Assembly (NCBI GenBank): GCA_003344405.1
Contig: NOWV01000304.1
Coordinates: 1 to 57,390, forward strand
Source of the DNA: Trichoplax sp. H2
Lineage: Eukaryota
DNA: 57,390 nt
Direction: 5' to 3'
Under the pieces are notes generated by a model, which was not told where the DNA came from, did not search any database, and saw nothing but the letters and a program-made list of their open reading frames with translations. Each line of letters begins with the position of its first letter. Position 1 is the stretch's first letter. The translations under genes were made by a program, and so were the position numbers. Shown in pieces: positions 12,601 to 28,341 of this stretch.

Positions 12601-15600
12601 CTAGACATAACGTTATCATCAATTAATATAAGTTAACTTATGAGAGCTCTTACTACAATACAGCATAATTTACCATAATAACATAGTAACTACTGTAATT
12701 CTTACTGTAAGTCATTATTAGTTATCTCCATATACAAATGTTAAACACTAAATTTAGTCATTTACTCTCACGAAGGTTCGTACCGTGACAACGGAATATA
12801 TGTATAAAATCATACCTTATTTCGATTGTACTTTAAGTAGTGAAATTTGATTTCCTAAATGATTCATGTAAATTATGATACTTTATTGGTTACTTTTTGT
12901 TATCGATAATCTCGTTACGAAAATAGTCAGCCTATTTAAGAAATATAAAAGAATACATAGTGCTAAAGTACGCTATAAAAAAGCTTATAGTAAACTTTAA
13001 TTTTTACTGTTATTTTCATGCTTGGATATTACAGTGTGTTAGATAAGTAGTTTGTCTACTTATATATGGTAGAAAGCTTATTTTAAACATGCTTATTTTT
13101 ATATAAATTTATAGACGAAAGGAATGATGACCTAATGTCATGTATGTACAGCGAATATACGTTAAATACCACACTTTATGTTGATTGCACTTTAAGTGGA
13201 GAATTTCGATTTACTATTTGATTCATTTAAATTATGAAACTTCATTGGTATTCTTTGCAATCTATAATCTCGCAACGTAAACAGACAACCTTTTTAAGAA
13301 ACGTAAGAGAAAAGATGCTGCTATAGTTCATATAAAGACTTAAAAGAAAATATTAATATTTACTTCTATTTTCATGCTTTGATAATTAATCATAATTATT
13401 ACAATAATTGCAGAGCAAGAAATTCCACCTGGCATGGGAGGTAATAAGTGTTCAAAAATAATAAATCTTACTATTAAATTTAAGATAACTACAAAATTTT
13501 CTTACAAAGCAAGAAAAACTTTATAATTCCGAAATGCTACTTACTCAATGTTTTTAATGCATGATTAATGCTGTATAACTTTAATTTTTTAATTACTTTA
13601 CAGTTAGTTTTTTCAAGAGAAAAAATTGTAAGTAGTGTTGTGTAACTGAACTATATTGCCGATTTTGGCCAAGTCAAGGAAAATATCTGACCATCTGACT
13701 AAAACTGTTTCAAATAATCTTACCTTTTATCCATGTTAGCCTTTCCTAATAGAAGTAAGGCATTGTTAATATACCTCAAAGCCTATTTCATTCAAATTAA
13801 GACCGTTCTTATCGATATCTAAACTTAAATCAATCTTTATACATTTATAGTGAACCAAATCAAGAGACAAGGTACGTAAGCTGTAATTTTTGATGTAAGA
13901 AACGGCATTTATTTCTCAATTATAAATAATGTCAATAATTTTTTTCCAATCGAACACTTTTCCATTTTTTCCGTCGCTACATTTAACCTCTAGACAGTAA
14001 CTTAAAATTTATCAGGAAGAAATAATTATAGAATTTGCAATACAGTACTTTACATAGTGGATATTTGCAATACGGTCTTCATTTACTAAGGCAAATTGAT
14101 TCCCAACTAAAACACTGTTTTCAATATTTTTCTTCCATATCCTTTCAATCGTTAGCTAACCATAAGTCCATAATAAAATACAAATATCAACTGTATTCCT
14201 TTTAAAAGAGATTTTTAATTGCTTGATATCTAATTGATAACGTTTATTTTGCTTTATAGTTAGCTTATTCAAGAAGGAAGGTAACTTTTTAGATATTTGA
14301 TGGCAGAAATGAAAATTTTCAGTCATTATTCAGTTAAATAAATCAATCTTAATCAAATCATTTTCTTGATAACTTCTGAACCATTAGCTGATCAACGTAA
14401 GTCTGTAAATAATCAGAAAAATAATTTTTTACATTCATGTTAAAGTAGAATTACAGTTGCTTAATTTTGGTTAACATCATATATTTTGCCTTACAGTTGC
14501 CTTTTTCAAGAAGGAAGGTAATTTTTCGATATTTGACGACAGAAAGAAAAATTTCAATCATTACTTACTAAACTAAATCATCCTTGATCGATCTTTTATT
14601 TTGGTATCCTATCAAATAGCTCCTACTCCCGGCTGTAAGTCTGCAATTAACTACGAAAACCAATTTTTGTATTTTATTTTGTAACAGAATATCAATAGCT
14701 AGTTATCTGATTGATACTGTATTTTCGCTTTACAGTTGCCCTTTTCAAGAAGGAAGGTAATTTATTAAATATTTGATAGCTGAAAGGAAATTCTAATCGT
14801 TATTTGGTTTACTAAAATATTACTTATCAATCTTTTTCTTTGGTGTCCTATCAAATAGCTCCTACTCCCGGCTGTAAGTCTGCAATTAACTACGAAAACC
14901 AATTTTTGTATTTTATTTTGTAACAGAATATCAATAGCTAGATATCTGATTGATACTGTATTTTCGCTTAACAGTTGCCCTTTTCAAGAAGCAAGGTAAT
15001 TTATTAAATATCTGATGGCTGAAAGGAAATTTTAATCGTTATTTGGTTTATTAAACCATTACTAATCAATCTTTTTCTTTGGTATTCTCGTGTCTGTTAA
15101 CAGACTGTAAGTCTTTAATTAACGACGGAAATCAATTTTTATATTTTATTTTGTAATAGAATATCAATAGCTAGATATCTGATTGATACTGTATTTTTGC
15201 TTAACAGTTGCCCTTTTCAAGAAGCAAGGTAATTTATTAAATATTCGATGGCTGAAAGGAAATTTTAATCGTTATTTGGTTTACTAAACCATTACTTATC
15301 AATCTTTTTCTTTGGTATTCTGACATCTGGCGGCAGGCAGTAAGTCTTTAATTAACGACGAAAATCAATTTTTTGTATTTTACTTTGTAATAGAATATCA
15401 ATAGCTAGATGTCTGATTGATACTGTATTTTTGCTTTACAGTTCCCCTTTTCAAGAAACAAGGTAATTTATTAAATATTCGATGGCTAAAAGGAAATTCT
15501 AATCGTTATTTGGTTTATTAAACCATTACTAATCAATATTTATCTTTGGTTTCCTATCAACTAGCTCCTACTTCCGGCTGTAAGTCTGCAATTAACTACG

Positions 15601-16781
15601 AAAACCAATTTTTATATTTTATTTTGTAATAGAATATCAATAGCTAGATGTCTGATTGATACTGTATTTTTGCTTAACAGTTGCCCTTTTCAAGAAGCAA
15701 GGTAATTTATTAAATATTTGATGACTGAAAGGAAATTCTAATCGTTATTTGGTTTATTAAACCATTACTAATCAATCTTTTTCTTTGGTATTCTGACATC
15801 TGGCGGCAGGCAGTAAGTCTTTAACTAACGACGAAAACCAATTTTTTGTATTTTACTTTGTAATAGAATATCAATAGCTAGATGTCTGATTGATACTGTA
15901 TTTTTGCTTTACAGTTCCCCTTTTCAAAAAGCAAGGTAATTTATTAAATATTCGATGGCTAAAAGGAAATTCTAATCGTTATTCGCTTTACTAAACCATT
16001 ACTAATCAATCTTTTTATTTGGTATTCTGGCATCTGGCAGCAGGCAGTAAGTCTTTAATTAACGACGAAAACTAATTTTTTGTATTCATTTCAATGAGAA
16101 ATTTCGTATGCTTAATATTTGACTGATACCGTATATTTTGTTTTATAGTTAGTTTTTTCAGGAACGAAGGTAAATGTAAATTACTAATCCACCTGATGCT
16201 GAGGAGATTGCATAAATCAGGCTGGCAATCATTACAACACAAATTCACTTATCTTGATCTGGTATTTTAAAATTAGATGCCTACAACAAGAAAGCTGATA
16301 AGCTCACAAATCCTAAAGGTAAGCTGTTTCAAAATTGGTAAAAGATTTTCTAGCTGCGGTAGTGCTTCAACTCGATTTTATGATATCTCCTTATGTTTGA
16401 TGTCACCAATGTTTGCTTATTTTTTTGTGACATCTAGATTTGCTACGTAATTTCAACTTTCTCCTTATATCTTACTGCTCCTAGTAAATTTTAGAACAGT
16501 TTAATCTTAACTTATGAGGATGTGATTTATAGTAATAAACTAATGTACAGATAAATTTTTCAAAAACAGAGGTGTGCCAATTTGAGAAATATAAAGAAAT
16601 CAGTCCTGCACTTTTGATTAAATGTTGCAAGAAATATTCCTACGTCTTGAGTACATCTAAACTTAAGCTGGTTGATATCAGTTCTAAGATTACTAATTTG
16701 TGATATTAATTTCTTTATTTATGTCCTTCATTTTCTATAGCTTCTGAAAGCTTAGCTATATGCGCAAGGCTTATCTGGTAA
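9608..16781 (+). CDS. Microexon-encoded secreted peptide (neuropeptide-like) precursor yielding -LF/-FF peptides; 3' end uncertain
   Basis: AG/GT-bounded exons: 9608-9631 MKYLAVVI, 10119-10146 FAFVAVAIA, 10623-10643 APALQEN, 12027-12062, 13414-13440, 13604-13627, 13740-13754, 13851-13871, 13994-13996, 14260-14280, 14388-14396, 14497-14517, 14620-14634, 14736-14756, 14859-14873, 14975-14995, 15104-15106, 15208-15228, 15337-15339, 15442-15462, 15565-15579, 15681-15701, 15810-15812, 15915-15935, 16044-16046, 16149-16169, 16277-16318, 16438-16446, 16551-16571, 16741-16781. They splice in frame to a signal peptide plus dibasic-flanked repeats. Confidence 0.75.
12252..12790. mobile_element. Family B element, one end truncated, in an intron of the peptide precursor
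   Basis: Shares taacgtaaaacaaat...agtctccgggattc and terminal ttcgtaccgtgaca with 1768-2205. Confidence 0.7.
14200..16175 (+). repeat. Tandem array of ~233-239-bp units (about 8.5 copies), each containing two microexons
   Basis: Homologous 21-nt exons start at 14260, 14497, 14736, 14975, 15208, 15442, 15681, 15915 and 16149; intervening introns are highly similar between units. Confidence 0.92.
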
Positions 16782-18648
16782 ACGAGCTTTAAATAGGTAA
16801 TATTTATTTACCAATTTGCTTTAGTAGTGATCTATACTCCACCTCTTACAAATCTTGCTTTTCAAATTTTTATCAAAGGTTGCTTGACTACAAATTATGA
16901 GAGGCACAAACTAGTTCATTTTACACGAATCTGAAACTTGACGCTAGATCATTTTGAGATAGAATTAAATTGTTATATGGTAGTCTATACGCAGTGCGGT
17001 GTATTTCTGTATATGGCATCTGACTTTATAGTACTGTAAAGCTACCTCTAGGCGTAAAGTAAGCAGTAATCTTATAACTTTCATTATATGAGCATATATG
17101 GTAGCATATATACAATTCGGGCCATAAACTGTCCTATAACGCAATAATTCGTCAATAGAAGCAGTACTAGTACAAAATTTTATTTCTGTATTTGTTATGC
17201 ACATTAAAGGCCGATTTAGTCGCTTGCAAAGCGCTAAGGCGTAAGCAATATTTTAATACAATTAAAACTTCTTTTATAGCGAAATAAGAAATATATGTCC
17301 CATTGTAGCATCGATTAATTTAAATGGTAGATTGGCTGGAAATTGTTGTCAATTTCGTCTTTACCCATAATTTTAAGATGTGCCACTTTTCTAGATTTTA
17401 GCTACGTCAATAGTAACTCGAATTATTCTATTTATTATAGTAGATCGCGCTGGCATGGCTGCACCCGATAAGATTGAATATATAAATGAACCATAAAGTA
17501 GACGATTAAGCACTTGCTATTTAAAATTCAAGAATCAAATAACAAATTTTACTTTGTTAAGCGATAGTAGATGTTTTGGTGTAATTAGGACAACAATGGA
17601 ATACATTTGGGTAACCATTTTATCTAAATCTTCATCAAAACTCTATTTATGTAGTTGTCCCTTTATAGTGATATTCTATTCGTTGCATGTATCGTTAATC
17701 TCAGTGTACTGTAAGTTATAAATAGCGCTCTTGTCCAGGAATAACTGATGTACAAGTACAATAACGTCTTCATGTTATCAGTATTAGCCCGAATGTAACC
17801 ATCAAAGCTATGTAATTATTGTCGTAGGTGTCATAAATCGAAATAAACCATACGATTAACTGTAACTTTCTGTCAAATATTTTATGTGGTGTTTTTCATA
17901 AAAAAATGAGATCATTAGTTGCATCGAACCTACGATATAAAACAATCAAATAATCAACGCTAGTTTCGCAAATAGTAATCTACGTTTTAATATAGGTACA
18001 GCACAATGATCAGCATTCATGGATGACCACCTGCGATAAAAATTTTATAGGGATAATCTACATTGTTGACAAACTAAAATAATGATGAATGTATAGTGCA
18101 GTACTTTGATAAGATATGTAACAGGATCATAACGCTAAACAGTCACTACGGATATATGAACGGTAAGTTTTAACGCAATCTAGATTGAACAAATTTAGAA
18201 CTTGATAGTGCGTAGCTGTCTTCCAAAACCAAGTGTGAGGCATATAAGACAACATTTACAAGTTCTTTTAAGAAATGAGGCACGTAAAGAAAATTCTTAG
18301 AAATTTTGATTTCACTTATTCGCTTCTACTGTAATATATTCGCTCAGTAACCGCAATACAAATATCTAGGATTAGGAAACGTCAGTATCATTCTCGTAAT
18401 ATACATTCTTTTTCAGACAATGAAAAAGTACATAACTATATCTCCTTGCACTTATTAATTACCGTTGCAACAAATCCTTTACGTAATTAGAATATATTCA
18501 ATATTTAACTAGTAAACAAGGTACACAGAGATAGTTATGACTTATACAAAAATAGATGTTTCCTGTCGGAAAATTTCATTCCACGTCATTACAATAGTAC
18601 ATCCAAACAGAATTCTTCTATGGCATACTAAATGATATGTCCATTCTA

Positions 18649-21141
18649 CTACACATTCTCAATCATAGACGCAATTTCCTCGATACGGCCAGCAAAGTTC
18701 TGAAGATTTAGAAGACTATAATCAATTTCGTTTTTATGTTAAGTTTATGCTTCAAATTATTATATTCTTAAATACAAACTGCATATACTGTCACTTGACA
18801 GTATTTACCTTAAACTCTGATAGCTCTAACTGCAAGTATTTTTTTCTTGTTGAACCACTTGGAAGAGCAATTGTTAACATAACTGTAACCAGTGGGGTAT
18901 TCATATTAGGACATCGATTTGAAGATGTTGCGAAGGATAGCTTCCACTGCATATCAATCAACTTTAAGATAATTCAGAAATATTTTAAATTCGTGTACTT
19001 ATCGATGATAGCTAACGTGTTCATTCTAATGGCAACAATCGCAAATGTACCTTTCCAATGCGTAGATAATTGCTTTGATATTGGTGCACCATTTTCCGAT
19101 TCTGGAGAAATATTGATATATCATATTAGATGACCAGAAACAACCATATATTGATGGCATCATATTTAGCCACTCTTTCAGCATATCTTATTCTACATTC
19201 TTACTCCGAAATTAATGATATGTTTGTCAATCATTACCTCTTCAGTCCAAGCTTTACAAATAGAAGCTGAAGTTAAATTGCTGCATACAACACTTTGCTT
19301 GAAAATTTGGCTTAACATGGAATCATCTAGCTGTTCTGTATTCGCATATCTAATAACGTATCAAGAAAATTATTTTAGTAAGGTCCCGTTACACAGTAGG
19401 CATACATGATCAACGACAACGGTTTCATCTGTAAATCATTTACTCGTTAACTTTAGCTGGTTACAAACAGCAGCTTTGATAACATCAAGATGTTATGAAT
19501 TAGGAGTTTTACTTTCAGAGAAATTTGAATAGACTTAGAATTTAATATTTATTTAATAAGGTATTAGCTACTTGCCGATAAGTGTATGTAATTGCATTGA
19601 TTAAATTTTGGATGGCACTTTCTTGCACAGGTAATGTTAAAGATTCGATATCCTAACAGCAAAGGAAATAATTTAGGTTCGATAGTATTGTTAATTTAGG
19701 TATAAAAACGGCTGTGCTAAGATAAAATTTAAATTTAATAGTCATTAGTAATATTATGTACATAATTAGGTCGTGTTACTTCTTTACAGCAATTTAGAAG
19801 GATGGAAGTGACTTTAAAAATCATGCATTCGATATCTATCTTTAAAGGCTGTCATCTATTTTGCATCATGAATTTGTTCTGCAAGTAGATGAGATAAATG
19901 ACTCGCATGCAAGCTTAATCTTCGTGTAATTCTGTCTATCTATTCAGAGTTTAATACGTCGTAGTTAATGTACGATTTCGATTGAGTATTTGTGCAAATG
20001 AGCTTGATCCTAGTCTGCCTTTAGCTCAACCAAGGTAAACACGTTGTAATACTAAAATTAAGCTTCAAAGTCTATGTCATTGATATTTCATCATCAATTC
20101 ATACTACAGAGGGTAAACATTAACACTTTTTTTGAATCTATTAACAAAAGTATAATATCCCTTTTCACATCCTGTAATGCAGTATCCTGTGTCTTTGCTG
20201 AGCAGTCTTTGAGAAGGTATTTGAATTACGCATGAAGTCTATTTTAGAAGGGCAAAAAGATTGTAGAGAGGACAGGCATCCATATTTGTATTGTAAATAA
20301 GCAAACAACAATATCGCTTATATGGCGGTATAGCTCATCGGCCATATCAAGATTGCGTTCCTGCTGGAAGGGTAGAATAGTTTACTGTCAATACTCTATG
20401 CGGTATTGGACTGTATTATTATTACAAACGACACTAAACCTTCGACATCAAGATGAATTCCTAGCAATTACAAGGTTTGCCGGTAAATGCTATCTGAAAG
20501 CCCATGAAGTATTAAAATGACTCTACGTATCGTCTGACTGACGCGATGCAAAGTTGTATCCATACGCCTATTCTGCTAGGATGACCAGTTTTGTACTTTA
20601 TGATGCTTTACGCTCGCACCTTAAAACATAGTGTAGAAGCGAGGAAGAGTTTAATAATCTGGTCTAAATCTGTACCTTTGTATATCGACTGATGGAAAAT
20701 AGGCCAATCTTCCCACTAAGAAACAGGATAATATCATCACACTATATTGACAAGGAAATAACATTCATATCCGATTAGAACTGTCTCGATTGCTTTCTTG
20801 GTAGCTAAGCTGCTATATTCATTTTAATAATATTTACGACAAAACGCGGAAAGATCGATCGCTATTGGAATCAAGGTAACCTTTCCACATGCTAGTAACT
20901 TACCAATAGTTGCAGGAAATTGGATGGTAATATATTAGCCGTTTGAATGGCCAGATGAAATCCTAGATGAAATACGAAAAGCTGATTGTACATTACTTCG
21001 ACACTACTGCAACTTGTCAACATACTCATCTTACTGCACTTTCAGCACTTGCTTGACCCATGGTCAGTAAAATGATGATGACACATGGATATCACGATAA
21101 TAGTTGGTCTTACCTTCCGGTGCTTGCATGAATAACGCCAT
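18649..21141 (-). CDS. COMMD6: COMM domain-containing protein 6, full-length form (198 aa, 8 exons)
   Basis: Exons 21141-21114, 20962-20904, 20741-20676, 19652-19576, 19349-19238, 19101-19051, 18961-18809 and 18699-18649 splice in frame (597 nt). The C-terminus LIDMQWKLSFATSSNRCPNMNTPLVTVMLTIALPSGSTRKKYLQLELSEFKNFAGRIEEIASMIENV* matches the COMMD6-type COMM domain. Confidence 0.88.
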
Positions 21142-21287
21142 CTTTCTTCCGATGTTGGAGCGATGGATTGTAGGTAAGAGGCGGCGGATAAGTGGACGAG
21201 AAAGAGCTGCCTACCAACTCACGGGCTTACCGTTCCATTGCCATGGCATTCTTATCGTTCGTCAATGCTGCATCCGTAGTTAGGTAC

Positions 21288-22368
21288 CGTTCTGGCTTCG
21301 GACTTTCTGCGATTGTAACTGACGGGACAGACGGATGGTCTGCATTTGAGTAGCATTCTAGGCAAGGACTGGTGACATTAGTTTTGCTATTCATTTGGTT
21401 ATAGTTCTGGCTTCGGAATTTCTTCAATTGTAACTGATAGGAAAGACGGATGGTCTGCTACACTACCTACGGCAATTAGTGTGGATAAACGAATAGTGCG
21501 GGTTCCTAATTAGTGTTGCCCACATTAAATATGGTATTACTAAAAATGTGCTAAACGACCCACACTAAATATGGTAATACCCAAGATGTGCTAACTACCT
21601 ACATTAATCACTAATTGCCGTGCCCAGTGTAGTGAGTAGCATTCTAGGCCAGGACTGGTGACATTAATTTTGCTATTCATTTGATCATTGTTCTGGCTTC
21701 GGACTTTTTTCGAATGTAACTGATAGGAAAGACGGATGGTCTGCTACTAAGCAGCATTCTAGGCAAGAACTGGTGACATTAATTTTGCTATTCATATAGT
21801 CTTTGTTACGGCTTCGGACTTTCTTCGATCGTAACTGATAACGAACGACGGATGGTCTGCTACTGAGCAGCATTCTAGGCCAGGACTGGTGACATTAGTT
21901 TTGCAATTCATTTGATCATTGTTCTGGCTTCGGACTTTCTTCGAATGTAACTGATAGGAAAGACGGATGGTCTGCTACTGAGCAGCATTCTAGGCAGGAA
22001 CTGGTGACATTAATTTTGCTATTCATATAAACCTTCGACAGGTGTACTGATAGGAAAGACGGATGGTCTGCTACTGAGCAGCATTCTAGGCAAAGACTGG
22101 TGACATTAGTTTTGCTATTCATAGGGTCATTGTTCTGGCTTCTGACTTTTTTGGATTGTAACTGATAACGAACGACGGATGGTCTGCTACTGAGCAGCAT
22201 TCTAAGCAAGGACTGGTGACATTAGTTTTGCTATTCATTTGATCATTGTTCTGGCTTCGGACTTTCTTCGATTGTAACTGCAGGAAAGACGGATGGTCTG
22301 CTACTGAGCAGCATTCTAGGCAAGGACTGGTGACATTAGTTTTGCTATTTATTTGGTCATTGCTCTGG
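21288..22368. repeat. ~115-bp tandem satellite (about 8 units) between divergent COMMD6 and SPATA5
   Basis: Recurrent gttctggcttcggact...gacggatggtctgctactgagcagcattctagg...ctggtgacatta at about 21288, 21404, 21690, 21806, 21921, 22132 and 22248. Confidence 0.92.
21461..21634. mobile_element. MITE-like insertion with CACTAC...GTAGTG termini inside the satellite
   Basis: Interrupts one unit at ctgcta|gag; inverted ends cactac..acggcaattagtg and cactaattgccgt..gtagtg; internal ~40-bp tandem duplication. Confidence 0.6.
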
Positions 22369-22480
22369 TATGATGTAAGATTGAGTGTAAAGTATCGATA
22401 CAGTTCCACATGATCACAGTCTAGTTTTATTACCAAAAATGGATGATTCATTTCCCGCTGCAATTCTAGAGTCTCGCAAT

Positions 22481-22615
22481 ACTACAATGTACAGTATACA
22501 GAGTACAGTACTGTATCCTGTATCGAGTGACTGTACACTGTACGGTATTGTACCGTACTGTACAGTGTACAGTGTACAGTACAAGAAGTTAGTACTGTAA
22601 TGATACTGTACTGTA
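22481..22615. repeat. Low-complexity TACAG/CTGTA (GTAC-rich) tract upstream of SPATA5
   Basis: Dense tgtacag, agtactg and ctgtac motifs in both orientations. Confidence 0.7.
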
Positions 22616-22751
22616 TGAGCCTGAGGTGAAGCAATCGACAAGGCCGCTGCCATGACTAAAATGCCGCAAAGAAAGCTAATTGCTTGTTCGCAATCAATTC
22701 AGCTCAAGATTACGGTTTAGAAGAGACTATTCAAGTTGATTGATGTTCATC

Positions 22752-28114
<5,363 letters not shown>

Positions 28115-28341
28115 TCCAGAATCAGCATTATAAAATAGTTCTCTTTATATCATGTGCTTTAAAAAGTACCGTAGAGTATAATCTCATTTATATTTTAAGT
28201 AATGAAATATGAAGATTAGACCGCACATTAAATAATTTCTGTATTTGTATTTACTGCTTTTAAAGTAACAAGATTTATAGATTATTAAGCACAGATTATA
28301 GATTTACTCTAAGTATTTATAAATGGTGAACGTTCGCACGA

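Noticed and set aside
18747..19409. Plus-strand ORFs of 128 and 64 aa
   Set aside because: Antisense shadows of COMMD6 exons.
20620..20715. Alternative COMMD6 exon 3 reading WEDWPIFHQ...
   Set aside because: The overlapping exon 20741-20676 (CDDIILFLSGKIG...) gives a more COMMD-like helix and an equally valid phase.
21288..22368. Satellite unit as a hammerhead ribozyme, snoRNA or CRISPR array (ctgata..gaaa, tgatca..ctga)
   Set aside because: No CUGANGA core with stem II, no convincing C/D boxes with a terminal stem, no unique spacers, and the context is eukaryotic.
21227..22463. Repetitive minus-strand ORFs (…CLECCSVADHPS…)
   Set aside because: They are translations of the satellite; the unit length (~115-116 bp) is not a multiple of 3, and the frames shift and stop.
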